Shown: positions 8,553 through 17,358 of the stretch, piece by piece
Layout of the letters: every line of letters starts with the position of its first letter
Position numbering within the stretch: position 1 is the stretch's first letter
Assembly: GCA_937952285.1 (NCBI GenBank)
Contig: CALFZE010000124.1
Coordinates: 36,649 to 100,648 of the forward strand
Direction: 5' to 3'
Source: an uncultured Bacteriovoracaceae bacterium
GTDB taxonomy: Bacteria; Bdellovibrionota; UBA2428
Length of the DNA stretch: 64,000 bases
Program-made: the position numbers and the translations under genes
Notes under the pieces: model-generated
Databases searched by the model: none
The model's input: only the letters and a program-made list of their open reading frames with translations
Told to the model about the DNA's origin: nothing

Positions 8553-10022
8553 CTAGGTCGTTCCAACGCCGGAACTTTCGAGCGCCGATCGACAGACCTC
8601 CACGTCGGAAAACACGCGTCTCTCCGTTCCGACGATCTGGTAGTCCTCGTGTCCCTTGCCGGCGACCACGCAGATGTCGCCCGGAGCGAGACCCGCGATC
8701 ACGGACTCGATGGCTTCACGGCGATCCACGATCGCTCGGTAACGGCCGCCCGCGAGGCCGCGGGTCATGTCGTCCAAGATCGAGGTCGGGGATTCGGATC
8801 GAGGGTTGTCGGAAGTGAACACGGCTTCGTCCGCGGTGAGCGCCGCGCGCGCCATGAGCGGACGCTTGGAGCGGTCACGGTCTCCCCCGCAGCCCACGAC
8901 GCAAACGAGACGCCCGCCCGAGGGGCGAAGCTCCTTCAGCGCATCGATGACTTTGAGCACGGCATCCGGCGTGTGGGCATAGTCCACGAAAACGTGACGA
9001 TTGCCCCGCGGATCGATCACCCTCTCAAGCCGTCCGCGCGCGCCGCCGAAGGAAGCGACGGCCCGACGGCAGACTTCGTCCGACACGCCGAGACCTCGGG
9101 CGACTTCCAGGCAACCCACGATATTTTCGGCGTTGTAGCGACCGAGCATCGGGCTCGCGAAAGAGGCCCCGTCGGCGCGCCGAATCTTCAGCCCGCCGAC
9201 GTCGTGGGACTCGACCTCGAAACCCTCGCCGAGGCCGACGACGTTCGCGCGTGCCCCCGGCGCGACCCTCCGAGCGATACGATGGCCCGCCTCGTTGGCG
9301 TTCAGCACGGCCACCGGCCGTTTCGCCGCGGCAACGGAATCCGCCAAGAGGCGCCCGAAGAGCTCCGCCTTGGCCGCTTCGTAAGCCTCCATGGTGCCGT
9401 GATAATCCAGATGATCCTGGGTCAGGTTCGTGAAGAGGGCCGCGTCGAAGTCGCAGCCGTCCGCCCGACGGAGCGAAAGTGCGTGGCTGCTAACCTCCAT
9501 CACGACGGCATCGACGCCATCGTCGACGAGCGAGCGCAGAAGTGTCTGGAGGGTGGGAGCGTCGGGCGTCGTGAACCCCGTTTCGAGCGCGCGCTCGGGG
9601 CTTTCCGGTTGCCTACCCGCCCAGAGCGAAACTCCGAGCGTGCCGATCTCGGCGCTTCGCCACCCGTTCTCGACGAAGATACGGCGCAGAAGACTCGCGC
9701 AGGTCGTCTTGCCGTTCGTCCCGGTAACGCCGACGAGCTTCAGGCGTCGACTCGGAAAGCGGCAGGACTCGGCCGAAGCGAGCGCCAACTCGCGCCGAAG
9801 GTCCGCGCGGCGTTCGTAACTCGTCAGCGCGGCATCGCGATCGTAAAGCGTGGCGTCGACGAACACGCGCGCGGGCGCGCGGGCGAGGAGCTGCGCGCGC
9901 GTTTCGGCGGGCTGCTCGGCGAAGAGGCAGACGACCTCGTCCGACCCCGACGGTGCCTGACGGGAGTCCCAGATCCACACGCCTTGGGAACTCTCGATCC
10001 GGGGAAACTTCTCGACTCTCAT
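8553..10022 (-). CDS. murE: UDP-N-acetylmuramoyl-L-alanyl-D-glutamate--2,6-diaminopimelate ligase
   Basis: GVTGTNGKTT P-loop, DYAHTPDA motif. 489 aa. Confidence 0.9.
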   Translation of the reverse strand: MRVEKFPRIESSQGVWIWDSRQAPSGSDEVVCLFAEQPAETRAQLLARAPARVFVDATLYDRDAALTSYERRADLRRELALASAESCRFPSRRLKLVGVTGTNGKTTCASLLRRIFVENGWRSAEIGTLGVSLWAGRQPESPERALETGFTTPDAPTLQTLLRSLVDDGVDAVVMEVSSHALSLRRADGCDFDAALFTNLTQDHLDYHGTMEAYEAAKAELFGRLLADSVAAAKRPVAVLNANEAGHRIARRVAPGARANVVGLGEGFEVESHDVGGLKIRRADGASFASPMLGRYNAENIVGCLEVARGLGVSDEVCRRAVASFGGARGRLERVIDPRGNRHVFVDYAHTPDAVLKVIDALKELRPSGGRLVCVVGCGGDRDRSKRPLMARAALTADEAVFTSDNPRSESPTSILDDMTRGLAGGRYRAIVDRREAIESVIAGLAPGDICVVAGKGHEDYQIVGTERRVFSDVEVCRSALESSGVGTT

Positions 10023-11956
10023 CGGAGCTTCAAAACAACTTTCTCGCCCGCCTTCAAGCGCGCGCCGGCGGCCGGGAACTGGTCCGCGACGAAGCGCCCG
10101 TTACCCAGCAATTCGAGAACCGCGCCGCGCTCCTGCAGGATGCGCAGCGCCCCGGATAAGGGGAGCCCCTTGAAATCCGGGAGCTCGTTCGAGGGGAGCG
10201 AGACCTTCGCGAAGCTCTCGCTCGAGGCGGACGAAGCGGCCGGGCGACGAGCCAACGGCGCCGTCGACGGCGGCGGAAGCGGCGTAGGAGCCCGCGACGG
10301 ATTCGAGAAGCGCAAAGCCGCCGAGGCGATCCGCGAGAAAACGGGGGCGGCCACCCCGCCTCCGTAGTATCCGCCCGTGCGCGGTTCGTCGATCAAGACG
10401 TAGATCACGAAGCGAGGATCCTGCGCCGGCAGGAATCCCGCGAACGACGACCAGTAGGCGCCCGACTTGTAACCCCGGGCTTCGTAGTCGACTTTCTGGG
10501 AGGTTCCGGTTTTTCCCGCGACCCGAAAGCTATCGACCTTAGCCGCGGTTCCCGTGCCCTCTTCCTCGACGACCTTCTCCAAGATTCCCCGCATGGTTTT
10601 GGCCGTCGCCGCCGACAACACGCGTTCGCGCGACGAGGTGCCGTGCCCGCGCGCGAAACGCGGTTTGACCCGGTAGCCGCCGTTCGCGATGACGGCGTAG
10701 GCCGTCGCGATCTGCAGCGGCGTCGAAGCGAAACCCTGGCCGAAGGACATCGTGGCTTGTTCGAGCTTCTGGGCCGCGGTCGGGCGGCGAAAGAGTCCCT
10801 TGGACTCCGCGCCCAAGTCGACGCCCGTCGCGCCGATGAGACCGACCGAGCGGAAGGCCTGCTCGACTTTTTCCCACCCCATCTTCTGCTGAAGCACGAC
10901 GGTGCCGACGTTGCTCGAGTAGCGGATGAGGTCGACGATGCTGACGTTTGCGAAACGGTGCTTGGCGTCGGCTTCGCCGATCGTCTTGCGGCCGATCTTG
11001 ATGAAGCCGTTGCCGGCCGAGATTTTGGATTGCGGGTTCACGAGCTTGTCTTCGAGCGCCTGGGCGACGACGAAGGGCTTCACGACGCTGCCGGGCTCGA
11101 TCGGGTCCGTCAAAAGACGAAAGCGCCGCGAATCGGCGGACGACAGGCCCGCCGCGTTCGGATCGAAAGTCGGCACGCTCGCGGCCGCCAGGATCTCTCC
11201 ATTGTGGGGATCGAGCACGAGCGCCGTGCCGCTCACCGCGTCGTGCTTACGCACGGCTTCCATGAGAGCGGATTCGACCGAAAACTGAAGGTGCGCATCG
11301 ATCGTGAGCTCAAGGTCTTGGCCGTGGTAGGAATCGAGACGGATCTGGTCGGCCTCCGAGAAGAGCGGCCGTCCGAGCGCGTCCCGGCGCAGCGTGATCT
11401 GGCCGCGCTCGGCCCGCAGACTTTCGTCGAAGGCCCGTTCGACGCCCTCCACGCCCTTGCCGTCGATCGAGACGAAACCGAGGGCGTGCGAGGCGAGCGT
11501 GCCTTGCGGGTACTGGCGACGGTACTCGCGGAGGGTACCCACCCCCGGCAGCGTGCGCAGATCGAGCCGACGAAGGCGCTCGAGCGCGCGCTCGTCGAGC
11601 TGGCGCGCGAGCCACGAGAACTTGCGTCCCGAGTGATCGCGGATGCGGTCCCGCAGGCCGCGGGCCTCGGTGCCCAGCACCGGCGCGAGGGCCTTCGCCA
11701 CCGCGTCGGGATCCTTGACGAGACGGGGATTCACGAAAACCGAAACCGTGTTCGTCGAGACGGCGAGCTCGCGCCCGTTACGATCGCGGATCGTGCCACG
11801 ACGGCCGACGAGATCGATTTTCTGTAGCAGCTGGCGGCGGGCGAGCGCCTCGACCTTGGGGCTCGGCAGGATCTGCAATTGGAAGGACCGCGCGAGCACC
11901 GCGAGGAACCCGACGAGAAGCCCGAGCGCCAGCAGGCGCAAGCGAAGCCGCATCAT
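10019..11956 (-). CDS. ftsI: Class B penicillin-binding protein (FtsI-like transpeptidase) with C-terminal PASTA-like domain
   Basis: SVVKPF (SxxK), SSN and KTGT motifs. C-terminal GALRILQERGAVLELLGNGRFVADQFPAAG is PASTA-like. 645 aa. Confidence 0.85.
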   Translation of the reverse strand: MMRLRLRLLALGLLVGFLAVLARSFQLQILPSPKVEALARRQLLQKIDLVGRRGTIRDRNGRELAVSTNTVSVFVNPRLVKDPDAVAKALAPVLGTEARGLRDRIRDHSGRKFSWLARQLDERALERLRRLDLRTLPGVGTLREYRRQYPQGTLASHALGFVSIDGKGVEGVERAFDESLRAERGQITLRRDALGRPLFSEADQIRLDSYHGQDLELTIDAHLQFSVESALMEAVRKHDAVSGTALVLDPHNGEILAAASVPTFDPNAAGLSSADSRRFRLLTDPIEPGSVVKPFVVAQALEDKLVNPQSKISAGNGFIKIGRKTIGEADAKHRFANVSIVDLIRYSSNVGTVVLQQKMGWEKVEQAFRSVGLIGATGVDLGAESKGLFRRPTAAQKLEQATMSFGQGFASTPLQIATAYAVIANGGYRVKPRFARGHGTSSRERVLSAATAKTMRGILEKVVEEEGTGTAAKVDSFRVAGKTGTSQKVDYEARGYKSGAYWSSFAGFLPAQDPRFVIYVLIDEPRTGGYYGGGVAAPVFSRIASAALRFSNPSRAPTPLPPPSTAPLARRPAASSASSESFAKVSLPSNELPDFKGLPLSGALRILQERGAVLELLGNGRFVADQFPAAGARLKAGEKVVLKLR

Positions 11957-12282
11957 CGAAGCGAGGCGCCCTTCGCGCGCGGCGATTCGGGGAAGAGCAC
12001 GCGTTTTCCGTCCGGACGCTCGAAGCCGCTACCTTCGCTCACGAGGGATTCGGCCAAGCGCTCGAGGCTGGCGGGCCCCATGAGCCGTTCCCGCTGGACG
12101 CGCAGGCTCGCGATCTTCGACTCGAACTCGCGGATCTTGGCGCGTTGCTCGGCGACCGCGAAGCCCTTCGTCACGACGAGGGTACGCAACTGGATGTGGA
12201 GCAGGAAGAAAAGCACGCAAAGACCGACGAAGGCGAGAACCTTCAAGACGGCCTTCTGATGATGGTTCAGCGACTCCCCCAA
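11953..12282 (-). CDS. ftsL: Cell division protein FtsL-like
   Basis: 109 aa, one TM helix then a coiled-coil. Positioned between rsmH and ftsI. Confidence 0.6.
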   Translation of the reverse strand: MGESLNHHQKAVLKVLAFVGLCVLFFLLHIQLRTLVVTKGFAVAEQRAKIREFESKIASLRVQRERLMGPASLERLAESLVSEGSGFERPDGKRVLFPESPRAKGASLR

Positions 12283-12317
12283 GCGCTCCCCCTCCGGACG
12301 GCATGTACGCGGTCGTT

Positions 12318-13202
12318 CTAGCGTCGGCGTTCCAAGATCCGAAGCTTCGCGCTTCGGCTTCGCGGGTTCGCCGCGATCTCTTCGTCGGACGGAATCACCG
12401 GACGCTTAGACAGAATATCGAAGGCCCCGTCCTCGGCCAAGTCACGAAAGCGGTTTTTGACCAGACGGTCTTCGATGGAATGAAAAGAGATGATCGCGAG
12501 GCGACCGCCGACCGCGAGCGCGTCCGGGGCCCAACGTAGCAAGGCCTTCAATTCGCCGACTTCGTCGTTGATCGCCATGCGAAAGGCCTGGAAGGCGCGC
12601 GTCGCCGGATGGATACGACTGTCGCTACCGTAGTTCAGGCTCTTCGAGATACGATCCGCCAAGGTCTTGGCGCTCACGAAGGCGTCGCCCCCCCAAGACT
12701 TCAGGTCCCGCGCGAGTTTGCGAGCTTTGGGCTCCTCGCCGAAGCCGTCGAGGATCTCGACGAGGTCCGCCTCGCTCGTCGCCGCGAGCCACTCCGAGAA
12801 CGAAGCGCCGCGCGTGGGGTCCATGCGAAAGTCCGGCGCTTGCTCCGAACGAAGGCTAAGTCCGCGCGCGGGGTCGTCGATCTGAAACGAGGAGATCCCG
12901 AGGTCCGCCAGCACGAACGCGAGCTTCCCGTCGAAGTCGGGGCGCTTCGAAAAAACGCCCGCCCGAAAATCCACGCGAGCCTCGACGCCCTTGTCGTGCG
13001 CGGTTTTCATCACGCGCGCTTGCGCTTCGGGGTCGCGATCGATCGCGAGGCCGCGCCAACGTGGAGAAGCGAGCAAACACTCGGTGAGATGCCCACCGGC
13101 GCCCGCCGTTCCGTCGATCAAAATGGCGTCTTCTTCACGCAAAGGCGAAGTGCGCGCAGCGTCAATTATTTCGGCAAGAAGAACGGACACATGTAAATTC
13201 AT
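12318..13202 (-). CDS. rsmH: 16S rRNA (cytosine1402-N4)-methyltransferase
   Basis: DGTAGAGGH SAM-binding motif, typical RsmH/MraW length (294 aa). Confidence 0.9.
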   Translation of the reverse strand: MNLHVSVLLAEIIDAARTSPLREEDAILIDGTAGAGGHLTECLLASPRWRGLAIDRDPEAQARVMKTAHDKGVEARVDFRAGVFSKRPDFDGKLAFVLADLGISSFQIDDPARGLSLRSEQAPDFRMDPTRGASFSEWLAATSEADLVEILDGFGEEPKARKLARDLKSWGGDAFVSAKTLADRISKSLNYGSDSRIHPATRAFQAFRMAINDEVGELKALLRWAPDALAVGGRLAIISFHSIEDRLVKNRFRDLAEDGAFDILSKRPVIPSDEEIAANPRSRSAKLRILERRR

Positions 13203-13285
13203 TGTAAGTTCGAAGACATTACGCGATGCAGCTAAATGGTCAACCTAAATCCCTAAGTTTCTAGAGATTTTTTTGCATCACCCCC

Positions 13286-13313
13286 TCAAGCCCGCCGTCA
13301 AAATTCCGATGAA
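13286..13313 (+). promoter_or_regulatory. Sigma-28 (FliA)-like promoter candidate TCAAG-N15-CCGATGAA for flagellin 1, about 300 nt upstream of the ATG
   Basis: Same architecture as the fla2 candidate. Consensus is TAAAG-N15-GCCGATAA. Confidence 0.35.
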
Positions 13314-13592
13314 CTGAGCATGATCGGCGTCACAGATTTGACGATCGATCTCAACCCGCGGGTTGCTCGCATCGGTCCAGTACCGCAGCGCAGTCCCAGG
13401 GTCGGAAGGAAGGAGGTTCGGAAGACGGAACGGAGGTTTTGACTACGGACGGACTCTGCACGGTGGGATGGACCCCCGAGGCAGCTGTCAAAGAAACCGA
13501 TTTTTGTTCTGACAACGAAGGCCAAGGAGAGTGGGCCAAACGATCGAGAAGGCCGGCAGCCGACTCGAACGTCACAAAACACGGAGGTGGAA

Positions 13593-13616
13593 ATGAAACA
13601 GTCTAAAGGAGACTAA
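13593..13616 (+). other. Conserved 7-codon uORF (MKQSKGD) ending 2 nt before the flagellin 1 ATG
   Basis: Own SD ACGGAGGTG 5 nt upstream. The stop TAA is followed by AA then the flagellin ATG. A counterpart MNTFDGD lies at the same position upstream of flagellin 2. Confidence 0.3.
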
Positions 13617-13618
13617 AA

Positions 13619-14452
13619 ATGGGACTTCGCATTAATACGAACCAGATCGCCGTGAACGCTCAACGTAACCTCCGCGGCAACCAAGCCACGCTTCAAGGTT
13701 CTTCCGAGAAGCTCGCTTCGGGTTACCGTATCAACAAGTCGGCCGACGACGCCGCCGGTCTCGCGATCAGCGATAACCTCGGCGGTATGGTCCGCTCGTA
13801 CCAACAAGCGGGTCGTAACGCTCAAGACGGTATCTCCTTCGTTCAGGTCGCCGAAGGCGGCATGGGTGAAGTCGGTAACATGCTCAACCGTCTCCGCGAA
13901 CTCTCGGTCCAAGCCGCTTCCGATACGATCGGCTCGCGTGAACGCGAGTTCCTCGACCGCGAAGCGCAACAGCTCAAACTCGAAGTTGAACGCGTCGCCC
14001 AGTCGACCGAGTTCAACGGCACCAAACTCTTGAACGGTTCGGGCACCAAGCTCGACTTCCAAATCGGCGTGAACAACGACGACTTCCTCGACCGGATCGG
14101 TTACGACCCGTCGCAGACGAACGTTTCCGCGGACGCCCTCGGTATCAGCGGAATCAACCTCGCCGACAAAGCGACGGCGCAAGGTGGTCTTAACAACATC
14201 GATAACGCGATCCTCGTTCTGAACAGCAACCGCGCAACGCTCGGTGCCCTTCAGAACCGCCTGACCTCGACGTACGCGAGCACGGAAATCGCGGTCGAGA
14301 ACTTCAGCGCCGCCAAGAGCCGTATCCGCGACACGGATTTCGCGTCGGTCACGGCTGATATGACCCGCGATATGGTCAAGACCCAAGCCTCGACGGCCGT
14401 CTTGAGCCAAGCGAACTCGTCCACCCAAATGGCCCTCCGCCTCTTGGGCTAA
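13619..14452 (+). CDS. fliC: Flagellin (short, D0/D1-only, 277 aa)
   Basis: MGLRINTNQIAVNAQRNL N-terminus and LSQANSSTQMALRLLG C-terminus. SD AAGGAG. Confidence 0.95.
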   Translation: MGLRINTNQIAVNAQRNLRGNQATLQGSSEKLASGYRINKSADDAAGLAISDNLGGMVRSYQQAGRNAQDGISFVQVAEGGMGEVGNMLNRLRELSVQAASDTIGSREREFLDREAQQLKLEVERVAQSTEFNGTKLLNGSGTKLDFQIGVNNDDFLDRIGYDPSQTNVSADALGISGINLADKATAQGGLNNIDNAILVLNSNRATLGALQNRLTSTYASTEIAVENFSAAKSRIRDTDFASVTADMTRDMVKTQASTAVLSQANSSTQMALRLLG

Positions 14453-14481
14453 GACCCTCCTCGATCGTCAAAGTTCTGACG

Positions 14482-14523
14482 CCGGAAATTCCCTCCAAGC
14501 GGGGGAATTTCCGGCTTTTTTTT
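14482..14523 (+). terminator. Rho-independent terminator after flagellin 1
   Basis: CCGGAAATTCCC-loop-GGGGAATTTCCGG stem followed by CTTTTTTTTT. Confidence 0.65.
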
Positions 14524-14667
14524 GCCCTTCATACAAAGAAAATAATCGGCTTCGCTTCCCTGCGACGCACGAGATCAATTCCAATGTCTCTGAAGACATT
14601 CTGCACAGAGTCAATTTAACAATTCACGCCTTCTTGATGCGACCTTAAGAATCTTTCCAAAGTCGCC

Positions 14668-14694
14668 TCAAGACCTCCTCCCCATCACCGATAG
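14668..14694 (+). promoter_or_regulatory. Sigma-28-like promoter candidate TCAAG-N15-CCGATAG for flagellin 2, about 315 nt upstream of the ATG
   Basis: Direct motif reading, coordinates +/-1. Confidence 0.35.
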
Positions 14695-14985
14695 CGCCCA
14701 TGTGCGAGGAGAGTCAGCTCTTCGCCGACACCTACTCCCAGGTGGATCTGCCGTGCGCTCCATTCGCGCGCGACTGTCTCCCAGGGTCGGAAGGAAAGGA
14801 GGTTCGGAAGACGGAACGGAGGTTTGACTAAGGAAGGACTCTGCCAACGGGGTCGGGAAATGATCTCCCCTGGCAGCTGTCAAAGACTGATTTTTTTCTG
14901 ACTACTGAGAGCCACGGAATCAACAGGCTCCTTGTTCGAGAAGGCCGGCAGCCGACTCGTTCATGAATCAAACACGGAGGTGAAA

Positions 14986-15009
14986 ATGAACACGTTTGAT
15001 GGAGACTAA
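14986..15009 (+). other. Conserved 7-codon uORF (MNTFDGD) ending 2 nt before the flagellin 2 ATG
   Basis: Same arrangement as upstream of flagellin 1 (SD GGAGGTG, stop TAA, AA, ATG). Coordinates +/-1. Confidence 0.3.
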
Positions 15010-15011
15010 AA

Positions 15012-15845
15012 ATGGGACTTCGTATCAATACTAACCAGATCGCGGTGAACGCTCAGCGCAACTTGCGAAACAACCAAGCCGTTTTGCAAGGCTCTTCCGA
15101 GAAACTCGCTTCGGGTTCCCGGATCAACAAGTCGGCCGACGACGCCGCTGGTCTCGCGATCAGCGACAACCTCGGCGGTATGGTCCGCTCGTACCAACAA
15201 GCGGGTCGTAACGCTCAAGATGGTATCTCTTTCGTGCAAGTCGCCGAAGGCGGCATGGGCGAAATCGGCAACATGTTGAACCGTCTGCGCGAGCTCTCGG
15301 TGCAAGCGTCTTCGGACACGATCGGCAACCGCGAGCGAGAGTTCCTCGATCGCGAAGCGCAACAGCTCAAGCTCGAAATGGAACGCGTCGCCCAGTCGAC
15401 CGAGTTTAACGGCACCAAGCTCCTCTCGGGGCAAGGCACCAAGCTCGACTTCCAAATCGGCGTGAACAACGACGACTTCCTTGACCGGATCTCCTACGAT
15501 CCGTCTCAAACGAACGTCTCGGTTGACGCGCTCGGCATGAGCGGAATCAACTTGTCCGACAAGGCCGCGGCCCAATCGGGTCTCGCCAACATCGACAACG
15601 CGATTCTCGTGTTGAACAGCAACCGCGCGACGCTCGGTGCTCTTCAAAACCGCCTGACCTCGACCTACGCGAGCACGGAAATCGCGGTCGAGAACTTCAG
15701 CGCCGCCAAGAGCCGTATCCGCGACACGGATTTCGCGTCGGTCACGGCTGATATGACCCGCGATATGGTCAAGACCCAAGCCTCGACAGCCGTCTTGAGC
15801 CAAGCCAACCAGTCCACCCAAATGGCTCTCCGCCTCTTGGGCTAA
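15012..15845 (+). CDS. fliC: Flagellin paralog 2 (277 aa), tandem duplicate of 13619..14452
   Basis: Near-identical protein. The last ~200 nt are almost identical at the DNA level while the 5' part carries many synonymous differences. Confidence 0.95.
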   Translation: MGLRINTNQIAVNAQRNLRNNQAVLQGSSEKLASGSRINKSADDAAGLAISDNLGGMVRSYQQAGRNAQDGISFVQVAEGGMGEIGNMLNRLRELSVQASSDTIGNREREFLDREAQQLKLEMERVAQSTEFNGTKLLSGQGTKLDFQIGVNNDDFLDRISYDPSQTNVSVDALGMSGINLSDKAAAQSGLANIDNAILVLNSNRATLGALQNRLTSTYASTEIAVENFSAAKSRIRDTDFASVTADMTRDMVKTQASTAVLSQANQSTQMALRLLG

Positions 15846-15918
15846 GACCGGATCCTTTGACCTGACCTTGAATGCGGAAGATGAGCTGAGATCCTAAGCA
15901 GAGTCGAATCAGAAAGAC

Positions 15919-15958
15919 GGCCTCCGGAGGCGAAAGCTTCCGGGGGCCTTTTTGTTTT
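15919..15958 (+). terminator. Rho-independent terminator after flagellin 2
   Basis: GGCCTCCGGAGG-loop-CTTCCGGGGGCC stem followed by TTTTTGTTTT. Confidence 0.6.
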
Positions 15959-16199
15959 CGGCGAAAACAAACTCGCCCAAGGCGGATTCTCTCCTCCCTA
16001 ACCTCACGCAAACCCTTCGTTGCTCATGACGCACGCTCGGAGCACATAGAAGCTTGACCCAAGTTTCGCCATGACGCACCTCCGACCCTCACGCTCCGTC
16101 TATCGGGCCTTCATCCCAAAATCGAGGCCTCAGAGCTTCAATCAAATTATTGAATTTACTCAATTTTTTGACGACCTGATTTTTTTTGACGCATCACGC

Positions 16200-16226
16200 T
16201 AAAGTTTTGACGCGCGCAGTCGATAT
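16200..16226 (+). promoter_or_regulatory. Sigma-28 promoter candidate TAAAGTTT-N11-GTCGATAT for flagellin 3
   Basis: 8/8 match to the sigma-28 -35 box and 6/8 to the -10 box, about 115 nt upstream of the ATG. Confidence 0.5.
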
Positions 16227-16342
16227 GTGACTCAGAGCGTTAAACGGTGTCCAGCGGAGGCAACGGAACCTTCGAGGGAGACTTGCAACGCCAAATGACG
16301 CAACGCAGCAATAGTGCGGCGTTGCTTAGGGAGGGTTACTCA

Positions 16343-17173
16343 ATGGGTCTTCGTATTCAAACCAACATTGCGAGCGTGAACGCTCAACGCAACCTGCGCC
16401 AAAATAGCGGCGGGGCCGAACGTTCGATGGAACGCCTCGGCAGCGGCTTCCGAATCAACAAATCCATGGACGACGTCGCCGGCCTCGCGATTAGCGAAAC
16501 GATGAAGGGCCAGCTACGGGGTCTCGGACAAGCCGAGCGAAACGCGCAGGACGGTATCTCCTTCGTGCAGGTGGCCGAATCGGGCCTCAACGAAACCTCC
16601 AACTTGCTCAACCGTGTTCGGGAACTCGCAACCCAAGCCGCGTCCGACACCATCGGCGATACGGAACGTGGGTTCGTGAACATTGAAGTCCAACAGCTCG
16701 TGACCGAAATGGATCGGATCGCGACGACGACCGAATACTCCGGTTCTCGACTCCTGGATGGCTCGGGCCAAACGCTCGACTTCCACGTCGGCTTCCGAGG
16801 CGACCCCTCGAAAAACGTGATCAGCTACGACGCCGGCGCCGCGAACGCACAAACTTCCGCGCTCGGCGTGGATGGAGTGAGCGTTGCCTCTAAAGATGAC
16901 GCACGGGGTACGCTCGACGTCATCGACCAGGCCATCTCGAAAGTCGCCGCGATGCGAGCCGGCTTCGGTGCGATTCAAAGCCGGATGAGCTCGACGATCA
17001 GCAACATCTCGGTCTACCGAGAAGCTCTCAGTGCCGCGAACTCCCGGATTCGAGATGCCGACATGGCCGAAGAATCCGCGAACCTCGCGAAGGCCAACAT
17101 CTTGCAACAAGCCGGTACCGCGGTCTTGGCGCAAGCCAACAGCGCGAACGCTCTCGCCCTGAAGCTGCTCTAG
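16343..17173 (+). CDS. fliC: Flagellin paralog 3 (divergent, about 276 aa)
   Basis: Start taken at the internal MGLRIQTNIASVNAQRNL with SD GGGAGGG, not at the track ORF start 16247. C-terminus ANSANALALKLL. Confidence 0.9.
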   Translation: MGLRIQTNIASVNAQRNLRQNSGGAERSMERLGSGFRINKSMDDVAGLAISETMKGQLRGLGQAERNAQDGISFVQVAESGLNETSNLLNRVRELATQAASDTIGDTERGFVNIEVQQLVTEMDRIATTTEYSGSRLLDGSGQTLDFHVGFRGDPSKNVISYDAGAANAQTSALGVDGVSVASKDDARGTLDVIDQAISKVAAMRAGFGAIQSRMSSTISNISVYREALSAANSRIRDADMAEESANLAKANILQQAGTAVLAQANSANALALKLL

Positions 17174-17358
17174 TTCCCATCATCCGTAACGAATTGGACG
17201 GAGGTCACGCCGGCCGGAGGCCGGTCCCACGACGAAGTGGTTAAGGACCTCCCTTCTTTCCCGCTGACGGGGAGAATCGGTAACGGCTGGTGCCCTTCGT
17301 TCCAAATCGTACTGTGCCCGGGTCAGCGCCGAGAGGCGCCGGCCCGGGCCATTTTTCT

